Below, in pieces: positions 17,201 through 26,118 of a stretch of DNA of 64,000 nucleotides. Both the position numbers and the translations under genes were made by a program. The notes beneath the pieces are model-generated. The model saw nothing but the letters and a program-made list of their open reading frames with translations. It did not search any database and was not told where the DNA came from. Origin of the DNA: an uncultured Gammaproteobacteria bacterium (GTDB lineage: Bacteria > Patescibacteriota > Patescibacteriia > Magasanikbacterales > GWA2-37-8); contig CAZEDL010000006.1 of the NCBI GenBank assembly GCA_964510885.1, forward strand, positions 12,531 through 76,530, read 5' to 3'. Numbering within the stretch: the stretch's first letter is position 1; each line of letters starts with the position of its first letter.

Positions 17201-18508
17201 CTATCCATTTCTAAAACGCCGGCGCTGCCAGGCGTTTTTTAATTCGCTGGCCAAAAATAGCGAACCGGTAATAAGCAGGGTGTCACTCGGCCCGAGTTTC
17301 GGTAGGAGTGAATCAAGGGCTGCACTTGGATCAAGATATAATTCAACGCGCCGAGTGCCGAGCTTTTTTTTCGCGAACGCATACACCGTGTCAGGATTCG
17401 CACTCCGTCGGTGGTGTTCGGCTGTAAACCGGGTGCACACAAAAGAGTGAGGTTGGAGAGTAGATAGCTCAGTCAGCATCGGGCCGATCGTTTTATCTTC
17501 GGCACAGCCGAATATAATATAGATTTTGCCCGGTCTACTTCTCATCATTTTTACTGTTTCTGTAGTAGCGTGAATCTTATCTGGATTATGGGCTCCATCT
17601 ATAATAATAAGTGGCCGCCGCGATACGATCTCGCAGCGCAGCGGCAGGTGCACGCGTTTCAATCCACGTCGAATAGCCGGCTCAGGAATACCACAGGCTG
17701 CGGCGACTGCACGCGCCAGGCGCGCATTGGTATGCTGATGTATCCCCGGTGCCAATAGTTTTTGACTAGCCGAACTATTGGCGTCAGATTTTTTTTCAGC
17801 CGGGGCGACGAGTGTAAATGGTGCCCCATGCTGCAGCGCGGTGCGCCTAATAATTTGTTGAATGCGCGGATCGCGTTCGGCGCTGAATACTGGTGCCTTT
17901 GAAATAATGATCCCAGCTTTTTGCACAGCGATCTTCGCGGTAGTCTTCCCAAGCACCGCCGTATGATCAAGCCCGATGTTCGTAATCACCGCTGCATCTT
18001 TATACGGAATAATATTAGTCGAGTCATATTTTCCGCCGAGGCCAACTTCAAGCACTGCCCAGGCTACCCGGCGGGCAGCAAAATAAGATAGACCAAGCGC
18101 TGTCAGAATTTCAAAATACGAAGGTGGATCAAGCGGATAAGTTTTTAGATAGTTAGTCAACGCTCTTTGTATTTTTTTTACTTCACTGACAAAATCCGCC
18201 TGGCTCATTATTTTTCCCTGCACCATAAAACTGCTCCGCGGGCCATTCAAGGCCGGAGAGGTAAATAGTCCAGTCTTTTTTCCGCCGGCGCGCCATATAG
18301 ATTCGAGCATCAGGCAGGTGGAGCCCTTGCCACTCGTGCCAGCCACATGAATGTAATGGGGGATACGCCGTTCCGGATTGCCGAGGATATTCAAAAAGCG
18401 CTGTAGCCGCTGCAAAAAATAGCGCGGATTGCGCCGATCGACCAAGTATTCTGAACGGGCTAAAGAGTGCAGTGATAACAGCCAGCGCTCGGCTTCAAGA
18501 AAAGTCAT
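17201..18508 (-). CDS. folC: Folylpolyglutamate synthase / dihydrofolate synthase
   Basis: IHVAGTSGKGST, EVGLGGKYDSTN, ITNIGLDH, IDGAHN, ITGSLFL. Confidence 0.9.
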   Translation of the reverse strand: MTFLEAERWLLSLHSLARSEYLVDRRNPRYFLQRLQRFLNILGNPERRIPHYIHVAGTSGKGSTCLMLESIWRAGGKKTGLFTSPALNGPRSSFMVQGKIMSQADFVSEVKKIQRALTNYLKTYPLDPPSYFEILTALGLSYFAARRVAWAVLEVGLGGKYDSTNIIPYKDAAVITNIGLDHTAVLGKTTAKIAVQKAGIIISKAPVFSAERDPRIQQIIRRTALQHGAPFTLVAPAEKKSDANSSASQKLLAPGIHQHTNARLARAVAAACGIPEPAIRRGLKRVHLPLRCEIVSRRPLIIIDGAHNPDKIHATTETVKMMRSRPGKIYIIFGCAEDKTIGPMLTELSTLQPHSFVCTRFTAEHHRRSANPDTVYAFAKKKLGTRRVELYLDPSAALDSLLPKLGPSDTLLITGSLFLASELKNAWQRRRFRNG

Positions 18509-18640
18509 GACAGCAAAATTTTATCTAAAGTAAGCCAAAATTTTAATAAAACCTATCATAAAATAGGTTGACAAAAGTGTCAAATTATGGTATGCAAATA
18601 AGGTATTTATCCTAAAGTTAGCCAAATTATATATAATTGT

Positions 18641-19114
18641 ATGAGGCTAGAAACAAACGCTTATAACCCAAATTTGCCGGAGTCCCCAGCTAACTTTAAC
18701 TGGGACGACCTAAAAAGTAGCAAACCGCGTTATGAAGGCGATGGAGGTGAACCAGACGAGGATGAATTATTTAATGAACTATTAGATAGCGCTGATCCAG
18801 CTTGTCGAGAGCTAAAAAAACAGACAATGCGTAAATTAGAAAATAAAGTCTTATGGAAGCATCTTGATGGGCCAGATGACGCCTGGCATATGAAGCGAGA
18901 AGCCATGCAAACTCGTGCTGACGAGAGAATAAATGATTTGAGTTCGCCAGCAGGCCGGCTAAAGCGTGTCTTGATCGCTCAAAAAAGAGCTGTTTGGGAT
19001 ACAGCACACAAGACACTTGCAGCAATCCGGATTGTTGACGATTATCGTCAAGAGCGAAAAAAAATTATAGAAGAAAATAATGTAGCTCCCGATAATGAGT
19101 TATTGGCTGCCTAA
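18641..19114 (+). CDS. Hypothetical charged protein ending in ...NELLAA
   Basis: 157-aa ORF with upstream TTGACA and a downstream hairpin. Confidence 0.65.
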   Translation: MRLETNAYNPNLPESPANFNWDDLKSSKPRYEGDGGEPDEDELFNELLDSADPACRELKKQTMRKLENKVLWKHLDGPDDAWHMKREAMQTRADERINDLSSPAGRLKRVLIAQKRAVWDTAHKTLAAIRIVDDYRQERKKIIEENNVAPDNELLAA

Positions 19115-19129
19115 CCAGAATGTACAATT

Positions 19130-19161
19130 AAACCCTCTTACTATACTGTAAGAGGGTTTTT
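19130..19161. terminator. Bidirectional terminator
   Basis: AAACCCTCTTAC-tatact-GTAAGAGGGTTT. Confidence 0.75.
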
Positions 19162-19163
19162 AA

Positions 19164-20252
19164 TTATCTAATTAATGTTATATACCGCATCCCGCCAATA
19201 TTTTTCACGAGCCCTCTTAATTCCATTAGTGTTAAGTGGCTGTTCACAGTGGGGGCTGGTAAATGGGTGGTTTTAACTACTGTATCGATTGGCACTCCCG
19301 CCTGATCAAGGGTATTTATAATTTTTTGTTCGGTATCGGTTAGCGTAACTTTTTTAGGAGTAGTCACTAATTGTTTTACGGTGTGTAGCTGCAACTCTTC
19401 CATAATATCGTCGGCTCCTGTAACCAGTTTAGCACCTTGCGCAATCAGTCGATTGCCGCCAGCTCCAGCCTCCGAAGTGATCGGGTGGGGAATGGCAAAC
19501 ACTTCTCGGTTATAATCCAGCGCCGCTCGCGCAGTGATGAGAGCGCCGGATTCGCGCGGCGCTTCGGTGACGAGTGTCCCGAGTGTCAGCCCGGCAATAA
19601 TGCGATTGCGCGCCGGGAATGAATAGGCAGTGGGAAGAAACCCAGGTGGATATTCCGACACAATTGCGCCGCCTTCAGCTATGATCCGGGCTGCCAGCCG
19701 TCGGTGGGCACTCGGGAAAATATGACTGGTATCCACCCCCGAGCCAAGCACTGCCACGGTTTTGCCGCCGGCAGATAAGCTCGCGGTGTGTGCAATCCCG
19801 TCGATACCAAGGGCGAGGCCAGATACAATAGCAGCTCCGCTAGCTGCTAATTCACTGGCCAATCGCTCGGTCACAATCTGTCCATACTGTGTGTGCCGCC
19901 GGGTTCCCACCACCGCGATCGCCGGCGCAGCCCTAAGCGCCTCAAGTGATCCCCGCACAAATAGCGTGTGAGCCGGATCAGGAATTTCTTTGAGAAGCGG
20001 GGGATAGGCCGGGTCGGAAATTGACACTGTCGTGATGCCATGGCGATCAAGTTCAGACAATATTTGTTCTGGCGGATTCGCTTCGCGCCAGCGAATAAAG
20101 GCGTCAGCAATCTCGGCATCAAGCCCGGCAGAGAGCAGCTCCGGCAGTTCCGCTTCCCAGATATCTGGGGCAGTTTGAAAGTGACGCGTTAGTCGTTCGT
20201 AACGCCGATAAGTAATTTGAGGAAAGTGGGCCAAGGCAGCCAAATAATTCAT
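19164..20252 (-). CDS. dprA: DNA-processing protein DprA
   Basis: AVVGTR, IVSGLALGIDG, FPARNRIIAGL, SGALITA, winged-helix C-terminus. Confidence 0.95.
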   Translation of the reverse strand: MNYLAALAHFPQITYRRYERLTRHFQTAPDIWEAELPELLSAGLDAEIADAFIRWREANPPEQILSELDRHGITTVSISDPAYPPLLKEIPDPAHTLFVRGSLEALRAAPAIAVVGTRRHTQYGQIVTERLASELAASGAAIVSGLALGIDGIAHTASLSAGGKTVAVLGSGVDTSHIFPSAHRRLAARIIAEGGAIVSEYPPGFLPTAYSFPARNRIIAGLTLGTLVTEAPRESGALITARAALDYNREVFAIPHPITSEAGAGGNRLIAQGAKLVTGADDIMEELQLHTVKQLVTTPKKVTLTDTEQKIINTLDQAGVPIDTVVKTTHLPAPTVNSHLTLMELRGLVKNIGGMRYITLIR

Positions 20253-20311
20253 AGATGATTGACAAAAAAACACTTCACCGTCACAATACGATAGTTACTT
20301 AATACTACTAT

Positions 20312-20596
20312 ATGTCAGAGCGTGCCCCGAGGGAAGTTGATAGCCTGTTAATAAAAAGAGCCATGATTGAATTGGTGGCTCTCAGCGAAGATGGGCCGGA
20401 GCAAAAAGAGGCACGAATGCAACGATTTGAAGCTGTCGTCGGTTCCGCTGGTGTTGACCGGACTCAATTGTTACAGGCTGTGCAGACTGAAATTGATGCT
20501 CAACTTTCATCTAAAGGCTATAATGCAGAATTAGCCACTAAATTAAAATTTGCTTTAGCAAAAATTGCAGAGCTACTGGATAAGCCTACGGAATAA
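20312..20596 (+). CDS. Hypothetical helical protein
   Basis: 94-aa ORF preceded by TTGACA...TACGAT/CACAAT-like signals. Confidence 0.6.
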   Translation: MSERAPREVDSLLIKRAMIELVALSEDGPEQKEARMQRFEAVVGSAGVDRTQLLQAVQTEIDAQLSSKGYNAELATKLKFALAKIAELLDKPTE

Positions 20597-21644
20597 TAAA
20601 CAGATTTTTTTTGGGAATTTTAGACAGTACCACCGGGCCGTTTTTAGTCAGATGAACCACATCTTCCAATCTGACGCCGCCCCACTTCGGAATATAAATT
20701 CCGGGTTCAATGGTAAATACCGAATCAACCTCAATTGTATCCGGTGATCCGGGGCCAAGCACCGGCCGTTCATGGATCTCGAGGCCGACCCCGTGCCCCA
20801 GCGCATGGCCAAAATAACTGCCATACCCCTGGCTATCAATATAATCGCGAGCAACCTTGTCTATATCAGCCGCTCGCACACCCGGTTTCACCGCTGCAAG
20901 CGCCTTCTGCTGCGCATCATACACGATCTTATAGATCGTTTTTTGTTTGTCCGTAACGCGGCCAATCCCGATAGTCACCGTTTCATCAGCATGATATCCA
21001 TGGTACACGCCGCCAAAGTCAATCGTCAGTAGCTCTCCTTTTTTTATAATCTTTGACGTAGCGACGCCATGCGGCAAGGCGCCGCGCGCTCCCGAGGCGA
21101 TAATCGTATCAAAGCCGATCCGTTCCGCTCCATAGGTCAGAAGCAGTGTTTCCAGTCGCCGCCGAATTTCATATTCAGTGCGGCCCGGTTTTATTTCAGG
21201 CAATAATTTTTTGAACGCATGCCGGTTGATACGCATCGCTTCGGCCAACAGTTCCGCTTCAGCCGCGGTTTTAACGGCGCGCAATAACGCACTATCTTCA
21301 GGGAGTGGTATGAGAGTGATAGCTCGCGGTAGTTGTTTTTTGAGTCTCTCAAAACTGCCAACCGTTGTATCATCGGCAAAAAATCCTAGCCGTTTTTTGG
21401 CTGTTTTTGGCAGATGCTCTTTAATAAGTGTCGCTGGGCCATCCTTAGAATTTAAAATTTTCCATTTCGGCGCCTGCTTTTTGGCCTGAGCAAGATAGCG
21501 GAAGTCGGTGATCAGGTAACGCTGCCGCTCGGTGATAAGGGCTACGGCCGTGGTGCCAGTAAAACCACTGAGGTAGCGGATTGTGGTTATATCAGATAAA
21601 AAAATTCCGGCCAGGCGATGTGTCCGAAATAAGTGCGTAAGCAT
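20586..21644 (-). CDS. Xaa-Pro peptidase (M24B)
   Basis: YLSGFTG, TDFRY, ALPHG, IDFG, GHGVGLEIHE, TIEPGIY, GVRLED. Confidence 0.93.
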   Translation of the reverse strand: MLTHLFRTHRLAGIFLSDITTIRYLSGFTGTTAVALITERQRYLITDFRYLAQAKKQAPKWKILNSKDGPATLIKEHLPKTAKKRLGFFADDTTVGSFERLKKQLPRAITLIPLPEDSALLRAVKTAAEAELLAEAMRINRHAFKKLLPEIKPGRTEYEIRRRLETLLLTYGAERIGFDTIIASGARGALPHGVATSKIIKKGELLTIDFGGVYHGYHADETVTIGIGRVTDKQKTIYKIVYDAQQKALAAVKPGVRAADIDKVARDYIDSQGYGSYFGHALGHGVGLEIHERPVLGPGSPDTIEVDSVFTIEPGIYIPKWGGVRLEDVVHLTKNGPVVLSKIPKKNLFIIP

Positions 21645-21656
21645 AAGCAGAAATAA

Positions 21657-22190
21657 TTAATGAAGCCAACTGCGGAGCCTGTCTTCAGAAGCCAAACAGC
21701 TCTGCAGCAAGGCCGTCTTTTCTGCAGTGGAAAAGTGCCCCAGCACGAACTCACTCGTCTCGATCGGGGAGTCGGTTGCGGGTGCAATCCCGAGGCGGAG
21801 CCGGGTAAATGCTTGGCTGCCGAGGTGGGTGATGATAGACACGATGCCATTGTGGCCGGCTGGTCCGCGGTCGCTGTGCCAGCGGGTTTCGCCCAGTGGG
21901 ATATCTTTATCATCGTGCACAACTAGTACATCGCCGAGGCTAAGTTTATAAAAATCGAATACTGCTCTGACTGATACACCAGATTCATTCATATACGTCT
22001 GCGGTTTGAGCAGCAGCACTTTGTGACCGTCCACGCTGCCGCTCGCCACCTCAGACTGAAATTTTTTGTCGAACGAAAAAGTGCCAAGGTTCCACCGGGC
22101 AGCCAATTCATCAAGCGCCAAAAATCCGGCGTTATGCCGAGTGTCCATATAGTCTTTGCCTGGATTGCCAAGACCAACGATAAGATTCAT
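21657..22190 (-). CDS. pth: Peptidyl-tRNA hydrolase
   Basis: LIVGLGNPG, TRHNAGF, KPQTYMNESG, VHDD, GHNG. Confidence 0.96.
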   Translation of the reverse strand: MNLIVGLGNPGKDYMDTRHNAGFLALDELAARWNLGTFSFDKKFQSEVASGSVDGHKVLLLKPQTYMNESGVSVRAVFDFYKLSLGDVLVVHDDKDIPLGETRWHSDRGPAGHNGIVSIITHLGSQAFTRLRLGIAPATDSPIETSEFVLGHFSTAEKTALLQSCLASEDRLRSWLH

Positions 22191-22195
22191 AAATA

Positions 22196-23575
22196 TTAAT
22201 TCACGCGCTTTTTAAGCTTGGTCATTTTTATGATGATCGGTGCAGCAAAGAATCCGAACTGCTCGCGCAGGCGATTGCTGAGGTAGTGCACATACGAAAT
22301 ATGTACCGAAGTTTTGTGTTTAATAAAAATTTCAAACAGCGGCGGGCAGGTGCGCAGTTGGTGAATACTGGCAATTTCCGGGTGCCGCACTCCGAGGCCC
22401 CGGGTAGGCAAATGTTTTTTGGTGGCGGCTTTCAGGAATTTCTTTAGCGTATCTTCATCAAGCATAATCTGGCGCTCAGCCTCGGCCCTCGTAATGAGTG
22501 GGAAAATCTGGTGCACGCGATAGCCTGTTTTGGCACTCACAAACACAATTGGCGCATAACTTAGATGTGGAAATTTTTTATAGATATGTTCCTTCACTTC
22601 GTTGCGGAAGGCATCGCCATTATCATCAGCTTCATCCCATTTATTGATAATCAAAATCACGCTCTTGGTATGTTCGCGTAATAGGCCTGCCAATTGTTGG
22701 TCTTGGTCTGTCACCGGTTCAGTGGCATCAAGCACCAGCAAGATTAAATCTGCCCGGTCAATGGCTGCAATACTTTTATCAATGCCCTGGCGTTCTAGTT
22801 CGCCGGACACTTTGGTCTTGCGGCGGATACCGGCCGTATCTACGAATACTATCTGTTTGCCATCTACTTCTACCAGCGTATCATGAGGTTCGCGAGTGGT
22901 ATGCGGCATATTGCTCACTATCACCCGCTCTTCGCCGATCAGTTTGTTGAATAGCGATGATTTGCCCACATTAGGCTTGCCAACCAAGGCCACTTTTAGC
23001 GGCTCTTTATCATCCAATGTTTTCGGGCGGCGTGAACCTTTGTTAAATTTTTGAAATACCAAATCAAGGAGGTCACCGACGCTCGTGCCGTTTGCCGCCG
23101 ATACCGGCATCACTTCGCCAAGGTTCAATTTTTGCCATTCGCGGTCATACACCTGGTGGCGGCTGGCTGGGTTATCAGCCTTGTTGGCCACCACGACTAC
23201 TGGCTTCTTGGCCCGATCAGTGCGCAGGCGATTGGCCAGTTCATATTCTTGGGGAAGGATGCCATTTTGAATATCGGTCACCAGCACAATCACATCCGCT
23301 TCTTCAAGGGCTAATTCGGTTTGTTTAATAATATCATCTTCAAGCGGCACATCATCGGCAAAGGTCAGCCCACCGGTATCAATGATCCGGAATTGTTTGC
23401 CGCGCCAGGTGGCGGTGGCAATATTGCGGGTGCGAGTAGTGCCAGGAACATTTGAAACGATGGCTAAATTACGCTCTAGAATTTTGTTAAATAGTGTTGA
23501 TTTGCCCACATTCACCCGGCCAACCAGAGCCATGGTGGGGAGGCGTTGATCAATAATGGTGGCTGGGGTGCTCAT
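22196..23575 (-). CDS. der: Ribosome biogenesis GTPase Der
   Basis: Two tandem G-domains (GRVNVGKSTLFN, GKPNVGKSSLFN) plus KH-like tail. Confidence 0.95.
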   Translation of the reverse strand: MSTPATIIDQRLPTMALVGRVNVGKSTLFNKILERNLAIVSNVPGTTRTRNIATATWRGKQFRIIDTGGLTFADDVPLEDDIIKQTELALEEADVIVLVTDIQNGILPQEYELANRLRTDRAKKPVVVVANKADNPASRHQVYDREWQKLNLGEVMPVSAANGTSVGDLLDLVFQKFNKGSRRPKTLDDKEPLKVALVGKPNVGKSSLFNKLIGEERVIVSNMPHTTREPHDTLVEVDGKQIVFVDTAGIRRKTKVSGELERQGIDKSIAAIDRADLILLVLDATEPVTDQDQQLAGLLREHTKSVILIINKWDEADDNGDAFRNEVKEHIYKKFPHLSYAPIVFVSAKTGYRVHQIFPLITRAEAERQIMLDEDTLKKFLKAATKKHLPTRGLGVRHPEIASIHQLRTCPPLFEIFIKHKTSVHISYVHYLSNRLREQFGFFAAPIIIKMTKLKKRVN

Positions 23576-23585
23576 GTAATAATAT

Positions 23586-25058
23586 TTAGGGGGTGAGGTA
23601 ATCCTCGCCGATAACGATTAAAAGGTCGCTGTTTGGGTCGGCCGGGCCAAGGCGGCCCGTGCTGCTAGACATATCATCTGCAGGCTGAGTTGGCAAGGCC
23701 TTGGCTTCTAGTTGTAATTCTTTTTGCAGGTCGGTTAACAGCTCTTGATTCACTGCTCCGTCAAGCAAATAAAGGCTCGTTTTGGCAACCGGTCGGATGC
23801 TACTGTTACCAACCGTGGTAACACTAAAGCCCTTACCTTCCAGCGTTTTTTTGACTCGGGCCGCCAGGCCCACTTGCCAGGTGCCGTTTTGTATTTCGAT
23901 GGTAGCCTTGGCAAAAGCCGGATTGGGCAGAGGCGTCACCGGCAGGGCAGCGCTCCCAGTTGCCACTACCGCCGGGGTGGATGTGGCGTCAAAGATCCCG
24001 AGAATAGCTGAATTTACTGGCCCGAAGGTGCCAGTTTTTGGGGTGAGCAAGAAAGCCCCACCCTCGCCGGTGGTCGGAGCCAAGAGTCCGCCCGGACTAT
24101 CGTCGATCACCAAATTTCTGATCGCATTCTGATTAGTATCTTTGGCCACGCTCGCAAGGTACATCAATTGATCGAGGCTGAGGTTGGTGGCAATATTACT
24201 GGTCAATGAATCATAAATTCCTTGCACTCGGAGCGGATTAAGATAGGTCCCCGCCGAGAGCATTTTTTCTTTCAGCGCAACCAGCACCTGCTGCTGGCGT
24301 CGTGACCGGGCAAAATCAGAACCTTCGCCATTATTGCCATGACGCGACCGAGAATAGGTCAGCGCCTGCTCGCCATTCATGGTCTGTGTACCAGCCGTGA
24401 AGCTGACCGTTTTATAAGAATCATTGGGGCCTGGATAAGAATAATCGGTAAAACTTTTGTCTACCGTAATGGTCACACCGCCCACCTGATCCACCAATTC
24501 GTTGAACGCCTTGAAATCAACCCGTAAATAGTAGGGGATAGACAATCCAAAATTATCGGCAAAAATTTGGCGGGCATAGTCACCGCCCTGGCCCGGCTGC
24601 TTAGTTTCGCCGATCGCATCGGCACTATTTATTTTGCGGTAGCCATAGCCCGGAATATTCACTGCCAGATCCCGGGGGATAGAGATCAAGGCCACTTCTT
24701 TGGTGCTTGGCTTGAAGCTTAGAATAATATTAGTATCGCTGAGGTACGCTCCATCATGGCCGCTACCGCCAATGCCAAGTAGCAGTATGTTCACCCGGTC
24801 TTCTTCTTGCCCTGCTAACACGACGCCTCCGGGAAAAATAAAATTTTTAACGGTGGTGAGCGACCAGCCAGTACCCGGTGTCAGAAATCGTCCGCTCTTC
24901 GCGTTACTGTTTCTAGATAGCAGGTGCACTGCTCCGAGGGTGGCCAGTACCACTAATACAATAAGAAAAAATCGCCGCCCCTTGTTAGGGGAAGCTGTAT
25001 CTGGTTCGGGTAATGGATTGCGTGGAGTTAAAAGATTTATGCGGTCTTGTTCATTCAT
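23586..25058 (-). CDS. LCP family protein with C-terminal LytR_C domain
   Basis: NILLLGIG, SDT, ISIPRDL, YSRSRH..SDFARSRRQQ; IEIQNGT..GLA. Confidence 0.9.
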   Translation of the reverse strand: MNEQDRINLLTPRNPLPEPDTASPNKGRRFFLIVLVVLATLGAVHLLSRNSNAKSGRFLTPGTGWSLTTVKNFIFPGGVVLAGQEEDRVNILLLGIGGSGHDGAYLSDTNIILSFKPSTKEVALISIPRDLAVNIPGYGYRKINSADAIGETKQPGQGGDYARQIFADNFGLSIPYYLRVDFKAFNELVDQVGGVTITVDKSFTDYSYPGPNDSYKTVSFTAGTQTMNGEQALTYSRSRHGNNGEGSDFARSRRQQQVLVALKEKMLSAGTYLNPLRVQGIYDSLTSNIATNLSLDQLMYLASVAKDTNQNAIRNLVIDDSPGGLLAPTTGEGGAFLLTPKTGTFGPVNSAILGIFDATSTPAVVATGSAALPVTPLPNPAFAKATIEIQNGTWQVGLAARVKKTLEGKGFSVTTVGNSSIRPVAKTSLYLLDGAVNQELLTDLQKELQLEAKALPTQPADDMSSSTGRLGPADPNSDLLIVIGEDYLTP

Positions 25059-25209
25059 AGTGAGTATAATTGTAGCATAGGATTTACGCGGTTTCAACTA
25101 CAGTCGACGCTGCCTTGATTTGCTGAGTCTCATATGGTATTATTTTAATAAGACGATTCGCATATCAGAGAATTTTCCATAATTCTGTGCATGGTAAACC
25201 GCTGCTACC

Positions 25210-25283
25210 GGGTGTTTAGCTCAGTTGGTTAGAGCGTTGCGTTCACATCGCAAAGGTCACAGGTTCGAGTCCTGTAATACCCA
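25210..25283 (+). tRNA. tRNA-Val(CAC)
   Basis: GGGTGTT/AATACCC acceptor, TAGCTCAGTTGGTTAGAGC, TTGCG-TT-CAC-AT-CGCAA, GGTTCGAGTCC. Confidence 0.93.
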
Positions 25284-25290
25284 CTTATTA

Positions 25291-25428
25291 AGTAGTTTGT
25301 AATTAGTAGTTAGTAATTTGGGTAGAAGAATGTAAATTTTTGTATAAAGCACGTCCAAACTACTAATTACACACTCTAACTACAAATAAGTGCTTCTCAT
25401 TATTACAAAACTACCCATTAATAATTAC
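25291..25428. repeat. Heptamer arrays (AGTAGTT/AGTAATT) with inverted counterparts
   Basis: agtagtt tgtaatt agtagtt agtaatt, followed by reverse-complement-like aactact/aattac units. Confidence 0.6.
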
Positions 25429-25445
25429 CGACCACTCAAATTATT

Positions 25446-25952
25446 ATGCCTCGGGATTTAACCAAAGAAAATGCTCCGCTTGGCGAACCTGCCTTTGGGT
25501 GGGAAGTCAATGAATATGAAAAATACGACCATAGCCGCCGGTGGTATCTCATCGTTGCCGTAGTAGGCTTGGCCTTAGTAGCGTTTTCAGTCTTTTCCAC
25601 CAACTACCTGTTCGCTCTGATCATTGTGTTATTTGGCATTGTGCTCTATTTGCACGAAGCCCAGGATCCAATCCTCATCCCCTTTACAATTACCTCAACT
25701 GGTATTATACTGGGCCGGAAGTTCTATCGGTATAGCGAATTAAAAGAGTTTTGGATCATTTACGAACCGGGCGAGGTAAAAAGCCTCTATTTTAGCCTCA
25801 ATTCGGCGATTAAGCACCGGTTGCAGGTTCCACTGCTAGATAATGACCCACTCGCTATTCGGGATTTTTTGAAACAGTACCTCAAAGAAAACCTAGCCGA
25901 AGAAGACGAGCCGCTTAGCGATCGCTTGGCGCGCGTCCTAGAACTGCATTGA
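25446..25952 (+). CDS. Conserved hypothetical membrane protein (2 TM plus PH-like C-terminus)
   Basis: WEVNEY..RRWY, TM hairpin, GI.LGRKFY.YSELKEFWI. Confidence 0.75.
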   Translation: MPRDLTKENAPLGEPAFGWEVNEYEKYDHSRRWYLIVAVVGLALVAFSVFSTNYLFALIIVLFGIVLYLHEAQDPILIPFTITSTGIILGRKFYRYSELKEFWIIYEPGEVKSLYFSLNSAIKHRLQVPLLDNDPLAIRDFLKQYLKENLAEEDEPLSDRLARVLELH

Positions 25953-25963
25953 AAATAGTCTAA

Positions 25964-26035
25964 GCACCCGTCGTTCAACGGATAGGACACTGGCCTGCGA
26001 AGCCGGAAATTTAGGTTCGATTCCTAACGGGTGCA
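25964..26035 (+). tRNA. tRNA-Arg(GCG)
   Basis: GCACCCG/CGGGTGC acceptor, CTGGC-CT-GCG-AA-GCCGG anticodon arm, GGTTCGATTCC. Confidence 0.92.
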
Positions 26036-26040
26036 CAAAC

Positions 26041-26069
26041 ACAATACCTCCCCAAAAGGGAGGTATTGT
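26041..26069 (+). terminator. Hairpin after tRNA-Arg
   Basis: ACAATACCTCCC-caaaa-GGGAGGTATTGT. Confidence 0.75.
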
Positions 26070-26118
26070 GTTATTTTTTTACTCTTTTCACTGTCTAATC
26101 TTGTGCTATACTTTTATC

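Noticed and set aside
25291-25428. Possible CRISPR array
   Set aside because: Degenerate 7-mers without unique spacers; no cas genes in the window
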